Positions 7,720 to 16,277 of a stretch of 18,232 nt of DNA are shown here, piece by piece; within the stretch, counting starts at the first letter, position 1; every line of letters starts with the position of its first letter. Under the pieces are notes generated by a model. It saw only the letters and a list, made by a program, of their open reading frames with translations. It made no database searches and had not been told where the DNA came from. Origin of the DNA: Bdellovibrionales bacterium (GTDB lineage: Bacteria; Bdellovibrionota; Bdellovibrionia; Bdellovibrionales; UBA840). The position numbers were made by a program, and so were the translations under genes. The stretch is taken from contig JBBKWS010000059.1 in NCBI GenBank assembly GCA_037969075.1, positions 1-18,232 on the forward strand. Direction: 5' to 3'.

Positions 7720-7809
7720 TATGGACTCCCCAAAAATTGATTCTCTGTTTTTACAAAGACTGTGTTAGTTCTGCAAGTAAAAACCATCATACAGAAAAAA
7801 TATGCCTAC

Positions 7810-9117
7810 TCAGACCCCGTAGCGCTTCTTAGCTGCCTCTAAGATTGGTGCTCGCCACTTATCCCGCAGACCCACCCAGTCAACTTTAGGGTTCCAGGCC
7901 TTTAACTTCATAAATAGGCCTATATTATTGCGGTCTAATAACACGAGTTCTTGCCTGGGTGAAGGACGGTTTTTCCAGGACACATCTGTTACAAAATCTC
8001 TAATCATGCCTAATGCATTGGGATATTCAGCTTGATATTCTCCGGGCAGAATATAAGGGGCATATATTTTTTTAACTAAATTAAAATGCGTTATAATAAA
8101 ATCTTCAGAATCATCCGCCTGTAGCACATTCAAACTTCTTGCAGCCTTCATGTAAATTTGAATATTATCGACCTCTACAGAATATTGTAACATACAATAA
8201 TCTTCGACAAAATCTGTATCAAAACTACGTACAGCCCCAAAATCCAACCAGATCATTTTATTAGGTGTAAATAAAAAATTCCCATTTTGAGGATCTGCAT
8301 GTATTTTTTTTAAATGAAAGAAACAAAACATAAAGGATTCATATAAAAGAGCGCCTAACCTATCTTTTGTAGATTGATCATAGAGCATCGTATCTTCAAA
8401 CGATTCACCCTCAACAAACTCCGTAACCAGTATCGTTTCGCTGCTTAAATCACTATAGACCTTGGGGATTTTAATACTAGAAAAATGTGGCTCTAATTGA
8501 TATTTAAAAAATATTGTATGTCTTGCCTCTGTTAGATAATCACACTCTTCTAAAAGACAGCGTCTCAACTCAGCAATTAAATCATTTAAATTAGGCTTAG
8601 AGCTCATAAATAAACCCACAAACGAATCAATTTTATCAGCATTTTTCAAATCATTCTCTATGGCCGTAGCAATATTAGGATATTGTATTTTTACAGCAAC
8701 CCATTCGTCTGAAGGTAGTTTTGCTCGATAAACCTGACCAATAGAAGCGGCAGCAATTGCTGTCTCATCAAAATAAGAGAAAACTTCTTTTGGTTTCTTT
8801 TTGAATTGAGTAAAAAATATATTTTCTACCACAGAATAATCTAAAGAAGGTGAATCTTTTTGCAAGGTCCTAAATAGATCAGAGATCTCTTTTGGAATTA
8901 TGGCACCTTCAGTAATTGAAAGCATTTGCCCGAGCTTCATCCATCCGCCCTTTAACTCACCCATAGATTTTATAATCTCAGTCGCTGCCTGTATTTTTTC
9001 TACATTATCTTTTGTATTACGGACTTTATCATATACATAAGAAGCCGAGGCACTAGCAACTGCCTTACCAAGGGTAAATAAACGGGACGCGGATGAGGTT
9101 TTAAACTTTTTTGCCAT
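7810..9117 (-). CDS. ABC1/AarF/UbiB-family atypical protein kinase
   Basis: KxGQ motif (MKLGQMLS), A-rich loop AAASIGQV, VAVKIQYP, EECDY, HADPQNGN catalytic loop and LDFG. Confidence 0.92.
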   Translation of the reverse strand: MAKKFKTSSASRLFTLGKAVASASASYVYDKVRNTKDNVEKIQAATEIIKSMGELKGGWMKLGQMLSITEGAIIPKEISDLFRTLQKDSPSLDYSVVENIFFTQFKKKPKEVFSYFDETAIAAASIGQVYRAKLPSDEWVAVKIQYPNIATAIENDLKNADKIDSFVGLFMSSKPNLNDLIAELRRCLLEECDYLTEARHTIFFKYQLEPHFSSIKIPKVYSDLSSETILVTEFVEGESFEDTMLYDQSTKDRLGALLYESFMFCFFHLKKIHADPQNGNFLFTPNKMIWLDFGAVRSFDTDFVEDYCMLQYSVEVDNIQIYMKAARSLNVLQADDSEDFIITHFNLVKKIYAPYILPGEYQAEYPNALGMIRDFVTDVSWKNRPSPRQELVLLDRNNIGLFMKLKAWNPKVDWVGLRDKWRAPILEAAKKRYGV

Positions 9118-9287
9118 TGGCCCTCAAGTATAGTGGATTTTTTTATAATTAAGTAGGCCTAAGGCAATGTGACCATAAAAATGAATATAATCTCTGTATA
9201 ATTTGCTATGAATGTAGACCGTCATAGCAATTTAAGATACTTATCGTTACACTATAACCTCCAACTATTTACCCAGAGTGTAAGCAT

Positions 9288-10535
9288 ATGAAGATTTGGA
9301 CATTAAATAAAGATGCCAACAAGCGATTCAAATACCAGCACCCATGGGTATTTTCGAATGAGCTAGCGCATAGTCCAAAGGGCATTGAGCCCGGAGACTT
9401 GTTAGAATTACACGGTGATCAGGGAGAGTTTTTAGCTTACGGTTACGGTCATCCAAATTCACTTATTTGCTTTAGAATCCTTAGTCGGAATCAGTCTGAG
9501 CTACCAGATCAGATGTGGGCACTTAAAAAATTAATTGCCGCACAAAGTTTACGCGTATTAACTGGTATGAATTTGGCCAGCCATAGGCTTATTTTTTCTG
9601 AAGCTGATGGTATACCAGGTTTGGTCATTGACCGTTTTATAACAAATGAAAACTCTAGTGTCTTTGTTGTACAACCACATACCGCTGGCGCAGACAGGCT
9701 CTTAGAAATACTACTTGAAGCACTACATGCTTTTGCCAAAGATCACTTGCAGATCACAAATTATTCTATCGTTGTGGCCAAAAACTCAACATCTAGGACG
9801 ATGGAGGGATTGGAGGTAGAAGAGAAGGAATTAGTTTATGGAACTGCTAATTTAAACAACCAATGCATTTTACTACGCCACCTAGATAAAAATATTACTG
9901 TATGGGCAGATTTATTATCTGGTCAAAAAACCGGTTTCTTTTTAGATCAACAACAAAATGTGAATCACATTTTACCGCTCCTAAAAGGCTTTAATAAAAA
10001 GCAAGTGCGTATTTTGGATGTTTGTTGCTATGTAGGGCAATGGAGCTCGCACCTGGCTTACCATTTTAAGCAACTTGGCATTACAACACACTGTGATCTA
10101 CTAGATAGCTCTAGCACTGCGCTTGAATTGGCGCATAAAAATGTGTCGCAATATTCTGAAAACGTAAACGCTATAAAAATGGATGTAATGCATGAATGGA
10201 AAAACATTACTTCTGAATATGATATTATAATTTGCGACCCACCCGCTTTCGTAAAAAAGAAAAAGGATTTAACTTTAGGGCTCAAGGCATATACCAAGCT
10301 AAACAAAGAAAGCCTATCGCATCTTAGTGATGGCGGACTTTTTGTATCATGCTCTTGCTCGGGCCTAGTGAATGAAGAAGATTTTTCTACCGCATTATCC
10401 AGGGCAAAACAATTGAGTCAGAAAAATCTGAAGTGGGTTTACAAAGGTGGCCATAGCCCCGATCACCCGTGGCTTCTAGAGTTTTCTCAAGGCTATTATT
10501 TAAAATGCTTGGCAGCGTATAATGTCTCTAACTGA
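9288..10535 (+). CDS. rlmI: RlmI-like class I SAM-dependent rRNA (cytosine-C5) methyltransferase with a PUA-like N-terminus
   Basis: HPWVFSNE, SEADGIPGLVIDRF, GQKTGFFLDQ, ILDVCCYVG, IICDPPAF, SCSCS, DHP and YLK motifs. Confidence 0.85.
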   Translation: MKIWTLNKDANKRFKYQHPWVFSNELAHSPKGIEPGDLLELHGDQGEFLAYGYGHPNSLICFRILSRNQSELPDQMWALKKLIAAQSLRVLTGMNLASHRLIFSEADGIPGLVIDRFITNENSSVFVVQPHTAGADRLLEILLEALHAFAKDHLQITNYSIVVAKNSTSRTMEGLEVEEKELVYGTANLNNQCILLRHLDKNITVWADLLSGQKTGFFLDQQQNVNHILPLLKGFNKKQVRILDVCCYVGQWSSHLAYHFKQLGITTHCDLLDSSSTALELAHKNVSQYSENVNAIKMDVMHEWKNITSEYDIIICDPPAFVKKKKDLTLGLKAYTKLNKESLSHLSDGGLFVSCSCSGLVNEEDFSTALSRAKQLSQKNLKWVYKGGHSPDHPWLLEFSQGYYLKCLAAYNVSN

Positions 10536-11439
10536 AAAACCTATTTATTTAGTTCATATTGCGCCAATGCATTTGATAGAGAATCTTAAAGCAGAGTTAG
10601 GTGAAACTAAGTATACGCAAGAAGACTTACTATTTTTTATTCATGAAAAAATAAGTTCTAACTGGATCTGGCCCAACACAACATGGCTAGAGCCTAAAGT
10701 TTTAAAAATTGAATCCATTAAGGATGCAGCTAAAAAATTAAGGTCTACTTTTGCGGGCCCATGGATTTCTTATACACCTTACTTACATCGCAGAACAAAA
10801 TTGATTGAAGAAAATATCAAAGTTCATAAAATGAAGCGCTACGACTATCTAGATACTGCAACACCTTTTGCTGAGTGGATGTTGCTTGATGAAAATACAA
10901 TTCTTTATTCATTAAATAACACTGGTAAAACCCCAATGGGACAAATTGAGTTCAATGAAGACAAAGACTCCCCTCCTTCAAGAGCGTATTTAAAGTTATG
11001 GGAAACATTTACCTTCCACATTAAACCACCATTAAAGTCGGATATTGTTATGGATTTAGGAGCTTGTCCTGGTGGCTGGACTTGGGTTCTAAAAAATCAT
11101 GCTAAGCAGGTTATCAGTGTAGACAAAGCGCCATTAGATAAAAAAATATTAGCAGTACCAAATGTTAGTTATTTATCACAAGATGCGTTTAAATTGCGAA
11201 AAGAAGATGTGCAAGGAGTCAGTTGGTTGTTTTCTGATATAGCCTGTTATCCAGATAAATTATTAGAACTGATTCAGTATTGGTTAACGGTTGATGAAAT
11301 TAAAAACTTTGTTTGCACTGTTAAATTACAAGATCGCTTTAAACCCGAGCAAGTACAGGCTATTCAAAATATTGAAGGGTCTAAGCTCTTTCACTTGTAT
11401 CAAAACAAAAATGAATTAACTTGGATTTTACAGCGTTAG
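10522..11439 (+). CDS. FtsJ/RrmJ-fold 2'-O-methyltransferase, RlmM-like (short form)
   Basis: PPSRAYLKLWE, DLGACPGGWTW, VISVDKA, WLFSD, TVK and NELT give a K-D-K-E tetrad. Overlaps the rlmI-like gene by 14 nt. Confidence 0.8.
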   Translation: MSLTEKPIYLVHIAPMHLIENLKAELGETKYTQEDLLFFIHEKISSNWIWPNTTWLEPKVLKIESIKDAAKKLRSTFAGPWISYTPYLHRRTKLIEENIKVHKMKRYDYLDTATPFAEWMLLDENTILYSLNNTGKTPMGQIEFNEDKDSPPSRAYLKLWETFTFHIKPPLKSDIVMDLGACPGGWTWVLKNHAKQVISVDKAPLDKKILAVPNVSYLSQDAFKLRKEDVQGVSWLFSDIACYPDKLLELIQYWLTVDEIKNFVCTVKLQDRFKPEQVQAIQNIEGSKLFHLYQNKNELTWILQR

Positions 11440-11987
11440 CGTGGGTTTAGTTCCTTGATTTCAAACAAGGTCCACTCGTCACCAATTTTTTTGTATGTAA
11501 ACACTGCCAAGTAATCTTTATCAAACAATGGCTGTAAGTCATACGATACATCTGCAATTGTCTCGGATTCACTTACAACATCTTGCGTGAGAAAATCTAC
11601 AAAAAGTTTAGCTTGCAGCAAAGTATAGGTTATCGAAGACATCTCTTTAAATTTAAACCCTGGGGTTTTACTGTTTAAAATATCGCGCATAAAACTTTTT
11701 GCCATTTGCTTAAAAAATTCTTTAGCTTTTGAAGACCTGGGCTCTGCTGTGGCAGTCACCGGAAACTTTTTTTCAGACATCCGCAAAGCCTCTTCAACGA
11801 TAGAGTTTGAAACAGCTTCTAAGTTAATATAACGCTCTAATTTTTCTGTGTTTTCGGATCTAGCGGCGGATATAATATTAACCAGCGTATAAGACGGTTG
11901 CTTAGTCCAATAAAAAAATGTGGCTGCAACTACAGCAGCCAAAACTAAAAAGACAATTAATATTTTTTTACACACTACGGTTTCCAA
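11436..11987 (-). CDS. Hypothetical protein with a single N-terminal membrane anchor (DUF2939-like)
   Basis: KK followed by a hydrophobic helix, then PSYTL..I..A and ERYINLEAV, resembling DUF2939, and a C-terminal WTLFEI strand. The true start may be GTG at 11975, overlapping the upstream TAG. Confidence 0.6.
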   Translation of the reverse strand: METVVCKKILIVFLVLAAVVAATFFYWTKQPSYTLVNIISAARSENTEKLERYINLEAVSNSIVEEALRMSEKKFPVTATAEPRSSKAKEFFKQMAKSFMRDILNSKTPGFKFKEMSSITYTLLQAKLFVDFLTQDVVSESETIADVSYDLQPLFDKDYLAVFTYKKIGDEWTLFEIKELNPR

Positions 11988-12550
11988 GGAAAGTTATAAG
12001 GTAAACTGAGCGATAGCATAGTTAGCTTAATCTTGTTATCACTACCCACGTCTACACTATCAATCTTACCCACGCTTCTTTCTTGATAAGTAATGTTTAC
12101 TGAAACAAATGGAATTCCGCGAATACCAATACCCACATTAAAACCATCGCCATCAACTTCTACATCTACTCCACCTGTACCATAGCCCTTTATTAGAGAC
12201 TCGTATTTAAAAATATAAGAGGCCCAAACTTTTATATGAGCCGCAAACGAGTAACCAATAAATATTCCGCCATCTTTTGAATTATAATCAAACTTGCTCT
12301 CTCCTGTAGCCTGATATTTACCTTTGCCCTGGGCATAATCTATCCCATAATTCCAACCCGCCTCAGTCTGATACCCTAATCTAGCTCCAACGGTATAACT
12401 CTTAATATCAGCATCTCCTAGGTCCGCGCCCTCGGTCTCACCCTGAAAGTAACCTGCATACGGCTCTGTTAGGATCCCAGCTTTAATGTCTGCAGCTTGC
12501 GCAGAAAATGAAAATAAAAAACTTAGTATAAGCAATGTTACTCTTGTCAT
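11975..12550 (-). CDS. Small outer-membrane beta-barrel protein (OmpA/OmpW-like transmembrane domain)
   Basis: Signal peptide ending SAQA|A; alternating amphipathic Gly/aromatic strands (GARLGY, GIFIGYSF, GFNVGIG, VSVNITYQ, LSLSLPYNF); RBS AAGGAG. Confidence 0.75.
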   Translation of the reverse strand: MTRVTLLILSFLFSFSAQAADIKAGILTEPYAGYFQGETEGADLGDADIKSYTVGARLGYQTEAGWNYGIDYAQGKGKYQATGESKFDYNSKDGGIFIGYSFAAHIKVWASYIFKYESLIKGYGTGGVDVEVDGDGFNVGIGIRGIPFVSVNITYQERSVGKIDSVDVGSDNKIKLTMLSLSLPYNFPWKP

Positions 12551-12622
12551 ATTAAGACTCCTTACAATCTATTTGATAACGATCTCGCCTTATGGTCAAC
12601 ACTAGCTAGACAAAAACCTTAG

Positions 12623-13183
12623 CTAGAAAGCAAGATCCCTCTTAGCCGCATTTAGAAAATTAGAGTTTAGCTGTATGGGCTCTGTTATAGATGCACCAAA
12701 ACGGCCACCTTTGCCTCCCCAGTATCCTGCGGGTATTTCTTTTAAATTTGTGCCATCTAGATCTGAAAGAGTGATCTTACTTTCAAAACAAATCACTTCT
12801 GTCTCACCTAAATCAGGATTATAAGATACAAAGAAATCTGTGCCACGAACACCCGCTACAGCATTTCTTGTTGTCAGTCTAAAATCTTTTACCTGCTTAA
12901 GTTTGAAGCGAACCTTACCTGTCGTTATAACTGGTTTTTTGTCAGACACATTCACCACAAAACTTCCCTTTGCCATGATGATATTCGAGTTTTGCTTTAA
13001 AACGATATAGCCTTTATTTGACTGGATACAGGTACCATCTTTGATAGTATCGCTTACCTTTACAGATTGAACCTTATTATTCCCTGCCGCTTGCACTGGA
13101 CAATAGGTCACCTCGCCCTTTAATTTTAAAATACCAAAGTCAGCAAACGAAAACATAGATAGTAAAACCAAGATAACTGTCAT
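12623..13183 (-). CDS. Secreted FecR-domain protein
   Basis: LKGEV, GKVRF and TRNAVAGVRGTDF (FecR motif), then TEVICFES. ATG 13183 follows GGAGG and starts a signal-like segment; the ORF-track start at 13261 is probably too far upstream. Confidence 0.8.
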   Translation of the reverse strand: MTVILVLLSMFSFADFGILKLKGEVTYCPVQAAGNNKVQSVKVSDTIKDGTCIQSNKGYIVLKQNSNIIMAKGSFVVNVSDKKPVITTGKVRFKLKQVKDFRLTTRNAVAGVRGTDFFVSYNPDLGETEVICFESKITLSDLDGTNLKEIPAGYWGGKGGRFGASITEPIQLNSNFLNAAKRDLAF

Positions 13184-13240
13184 AAATCCTCCACTCGAAT
13201 AGCTTATATACTTATAAATAAAAGAATAGAACTTTCTAAT

Positions 13241-13269
13241 TTGGCATTTCAAACTAGACATGCTAATTT
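13241..13269 (+). promoter_or_regulatory. Predicted sigma70 promoter for msrA placing the transcription start at or next to ATG 13275
   Basis: TTGGCA (13241-13246) - 17 bp - TAATTT (13264-13269), with extended -10 TG at 13261-13262. Confidence 0.5.
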
Positions 13270-13274
13270 AAAGA

Positions 13275-13823
13275 ATGATCAAATTGATTTTTGCATTACT
13301 CTCAACCGTAGTGTTCGCGAAAGGGGCTTCTGTGGAACAAAAAGAGACCGCTATCTTAGCCGGTGGTTGCTTCTGGGGCGTTGAAGAAATTTTTCGTAAG
13401 CTCCCCGGGGTCATTGAGTCAACAGTAGGTTATACCGGTGGTACCATAGAAAACCCTACATATGATTTGGTAAAAACAGGAGCCAGCGGACACGCTGAGG
13501 CTATCGAGGTTGTATTTGATACGAAAAAAATAAGCTATGAAGAAATACTGCGCTACTTTTTTCGCCTGCACGACCCTACGCAATTAAATCGTCAAGAAAA
13601 TGATATAGGCACCCAATACCGCTCAGTTATCTTTTATCAAAATGATAATCAAAAGGCTGTTGCCGAAAAAATAAAAACTGAAGTAGACACCTCTAAAAAG
13701 TGGAAGAAACCCGTCGTTACACAAATTGTAGCAGCTACGAAGTTTTATAAAGCAGAAGACTTTCACCAAGATTATTTGAAAAAAAATCCAGCTGGCTACA
13801 CTTGCCATTTTTTAAGGGACTAA
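13275..13823 (+). CDS. msrA: Peptide methionine-(S)-sulfoxide reductase MsrA with a predicted N-terminal signal peptide
   Basis: AGGCFWG active site, VGYTGG, GHAEAI, HDPTQLNRQ, DIGTQYRS, AEDFHQDY and C-terminal GYTCH (candidate resolving Cys). Confidence 0.95.
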   Translation: MIKLIFALLSTVVFAKGASVEQKETAILAGGCFWGVEEIFRKLPGVIESTVGYTGGTIENPTYDLVKTGASGHAEAIEVVFDTKKISYEEILRYFFRLHDPTQLNRQENDIGTQYRSVIFYQNDNQKAVAEKIKTEVDTSKKWKKPVVTQIVAATKFYKAEDFHQDYLKKNPAGYTCHFLRD

Positions 13824-13825
13824 AC

Positions 13826-14338
13826 ATGAAATTTCTGCTAGTTGCACTAATATCTATCAGTATCATATCCTGCTCTACCAAAAAGACAAAGCCGACAACT
13901 ATTTCTAAACCCGTTAAAGAGGTTTTTTATCCATACCATGATGGCGCAAGCACTGACGACGATATAGCAACTGTAGTTTACAAAGTAGATTTAACAAGTG
14001 ACCCTAGCGAGATTAAGCCCCTACTATCTAATGCAACCCTAGGCCTAATTATTGAAAAAAGTTTTTTATCATCTCAAATATTTCCTGAGGGATCTATATA
14101 TAGAAAGCGAATACATAGTTTTTCACTAGATATGAGTGCCAGCCCTAAACATATCATTACAGCAAGGCTTACAAAAGATAGTAAGTACTCATCTTATAAG
14201 TTAGTAATTCAAAAAGTATCACCGAAGAAAAAGGAAGAGGCCTATAGACAATGGCTTTACCCTGACACTTTAAGCGATGATCAAATTGCCATACGAATCG
14301 CTAGAACTATAGTTAAGTTTTCTTTTCAGGAATTATAG
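13826..14338 (+). CDS. Hypothetical lipoprotein
   Basis: ATG 13826 lies 2 nt after the msrA stop with RBS AAGGGA, and gives MKFLLVALISISIIS|C (lipobox-like) followed by a K/T/P-rich linker. Confidence 0.7.
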   Translation: MKFLLVALISISIISCSTKKTKPTTISKPVKEVFYPYHDGASTDDDIATVVYKVDLTSDPSEIKPLLSNATLGLIIEKSFLSSQIFPEGSIYRKRIHSFSLDMSASPKHIITARLTKDSKYSSYKLVIQKVSPKKKEEAYRQWLYPDTLSDDQIAIRIARTIVKFSFQEL

Positions 14339-14680
14339 TATTTTTGAAGTTAATAAAAAACCAACCTCACCAGAAGTATTATCGCCTATTTCTATTGAGG
14401 CTTCTTGTTGATCAAATGTAATTACCTCGGCCGTAGATAAGATCTTTTTATTTTCAACCACCTTAAACGCAACATGTAGCTCATCACCATTTTCTACATT
14501 AGGAGTCATTTCAATAACAACTAAGTTATTATCAAACTTTTGCTTGAAGACGGACTTTTTCCCCACCTCAGACAAAGCCTTGATGTGATTTAATTTTTTT
14601 CCATTTATTGTGACACTTAGATCTACCTCTATAAATTGAGGATGTAGTGCAAACGCAGTAAGCAGTAGAAATTGAATCAT
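14333..14680 (-). CDS. Small hypothetical, probably exported, beta-rich protein
   Basis: 115-aa ORF with RBS GGGGGA and a hydrophobic N-terminus; overlaps the convergent gene by 6 nt. Confidence 0.65.
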   Translation of the reverse strand: MIQFLLLTAFALHPQFIEVDLSVTINGKKLNHIKALSEVGKKSVFKQKFDNNLVVIEMTPNVENGDELHVAFKVVENKKILSTAEVITFDQQEASIEIGDNTSGEVGFLLTSKIL

Positions 14681-14764
14681 TATGATGTCCCCCTATTGCA
14701 TAATTTAGAGGATATTGAAAATATTTCAAGAATTAGTAATAGTAATCAACATGCCGCAATACTA

Positions 14765-15229
14765 TTACCAGCTTAAATGCACTAATATCTGGTTTACGAC
14801 CTTCTCAAAGAAGTCTTTTTCTAATTTAGTAAAGCGTTTGAGCGTTGGGGAATCCACATCTAGCACACCCATAACTACACCACCCTTGATAATCGGAACC
14901 ACTAACTCAGACTTAGTCTGCGAATCGCAAGAAATATGACCAGGAAAATCTATAACGTTATCGACTAAGAGCGTTTTCTTTTCTTTAGCAGCTGTACCAC
15001 AAACACCTTTACCCAAAGGAATGCGTACACACGCTGGCTGCCCTTGAAAAGGGCCAACCACTAAATCATTACCTTTTAAAATGTAGAAACCTAACCAATT
15101 GAGATCAGGGATTGTAGAATATAGAAGTGAGCTGACATTGGCTAAGTCAGCAATTAAATCTCCCTCAATAATATGACGAACCTCCTCAAGAAGCTCATCA
15201 AAATTATAGGACGCTTTTTTAACAAACAT
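14765..15229 (-). CDS. msrC: Free methionine-(R)-sulfoxide reductase (GAF domain, fRMsr/YebR family)
   Basis: NWLGFY, GPFQGQPAC, IPLGKGVCGTAA, FPGHISCD, SELVVP and GVLDVDS; the three family Cys are present; RBS GAGGT. Confidence 0.9.
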   Translation of the reverse strand: MFVKKASYNFDELLEEVRHIIEGDLIADLANVSSLLYSTIPDLNWLGFYILKGNDLVVGPFQGQPACVRIPLGKGVCGTAAKEKKTLLVDNVIDFPGHISCDSQTKSELVVPIIKGGVVMGVLDVDSPTLKRFTKLEKDFFEKVVNQILVHLSW

Positions 15230-15255
15230 ATTTTACCTCGAAGCTAATTAGGCAG

Positions 15256-15284
15256 AGGGTAAGGTGGCTGGCATAAGGATTCAA
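15256..15284 (-). promoter_or_regulatory. Possible sigma70 promoter for msrC
   Basis: Minus strand TTGAAT (15284-15279) - 17 bp - TACCCT (15261-15256). Confidence 0.35.
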
Positions 15285-15310
15285 GGTTCTTTTGAGAATT
15301 TACAATAATG

Positions 15311-15604
15311 TTATAAACTGGGGTTAGGCTTAGGAGCTAAATCCCTGTGCTTATTATTAAGTATTACGGTTTCACCCTTTGCGGCAGAGTTCTCGGTAAG
15401 ACCTATATCAAACCCATCAACGGTTTTGATTTCTTGTAGACCATCTACATGCATTCTTTTGTTTTTAAAGATCGCCTGTTGCTTTGCTTTAACTTTAGCT
15501 TCATCAAAACTTTCAGCTACTACATATAAATTCACGTGTGATTCAAAAATCCCATCACAAATATCATTATCGTAAAATCCGCAGTGAACTAAATATAATT
15601 TCAT
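15311..15604 (-). CDS. DUF1543 domain-containing protein
   Basis: KLYLVHCGFYD...ESH...VVAESFDEAK...MHVD pattern resembles DUF1543; RBS GGAG overlaps the upstream stop region. Confidence 0.75.
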   Translation of the reverse strand: MKLYLVHCGFYDNDICDGIFESHVNLYVVAESFDEAKVKAKQQAIFKNKRMHVDGLQEIKTVDGFDIGLTENSAAKGETVILNNKHRDLAPKPNPSL

Positions 15605-15615
15605 ATTCTATCTCC

Positions 15616-16269
15616 CTAGTGTTTATCAGTAATTTTTTTAAAAACAAAAAGTCTTTTATCATCACTATGTACAGCTTTTAAATCCCATTTCTTACAAATA
15701 TAAGAAATTGTCTTGGTAGTAAAAAAGGACACATGGGTTGGATCTCTTCTGTAGTGCCAATGCGCAAATTCAATGTCTGTATTATATAAAAGAGTCATCA
15801 CAATCAAAATCCCACCTGGCTTTAAAAGTGAAAGCAGTTTGCTTAACTCTTCTCCTGCACCCTTGAAGTGCTCAACAACTTCTGTGCAGATAACATAGTC
15901 ATATGTATTTTTTAAAACCATAGGGTCGGCAAAAAACATCGGATCATAGTGCTTAACATTGTACCCATCATCGTTTAGCATTTTAGCTAAAAGCGGACTA
16001 TAGCCACAACCATAATCAAGACCTACTTGTTGTGGTAATATATGTTTTTTACTAACAGCAACTACTGGACTAATAAAATCTAGATAATAGGGATTATCCA
16101 TTTCATTGGTGTGCTGCAAATACACCTGCTTCTCTAGGGTAGTATCAGCATAAAATTCTGCCGCTAAAAACCGAAGATCACATTGTTCACAATGAAAGTA
16201 CTCGCCGGCTTTCTTATGAACATAAAATAGCTTAGCCTCTTTGCTTAAACACAGTGGACACTGACGCAT
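15616..16269 (-). CDS. Class I SAM-dependent methyltransferase with an N-terminal CxxC...CxxC Zn-ribbon
   Basis: CPLC and CEQC; GLDYGCG, YDP, YDYVICTEVVEH, LKPGG and WHYRRDPTHVSFF. Confidence 0.88.
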   Translation of the reverse strand: MRQCPLCLSKEAKLFYVHKKAGEYFHCEQCDLRFLAAEFYADTTLEKQVYLQHTNEMDNPYYLDFISPVVAVSKKHILPQQVGLDYGCGYSPLLAKMLNDDGYNVKHYDPMFFADPMVLKNTYDYVICTEVVEHFKGAGEELSKLLSLLKPGGILIVMTLLYNTDIEFAHWHYRRDPTHVSFFTTKTISYICKKWDLKAVHSDDKRLFVFKKITDKH

Positions 16270-16277
16270 AAAGTATC

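Noticed and set aside
9509..10306. Two minus-strand ORFs (9509-9739 and 10058-10306)
   Set aside because: Antisense shadows of the rlmI-like gene.
11436..11439. Overlapping stop codons of convergent genes (also 14333-14338)
   Set aside because: Common in compact AT-rich genomes; no evidence of a specific function.
13623..13808. 61-aa hydrophobic minus-strand ORF
   Set aside because: Antisense to the conserved msrA C-terminus; its hydrophobicity follows from the A-rich sense strand.
14715..14939. 74-aa plus-strand ORF
   Set aside because: Mostly antisense to msrC; TTG start and no motif.
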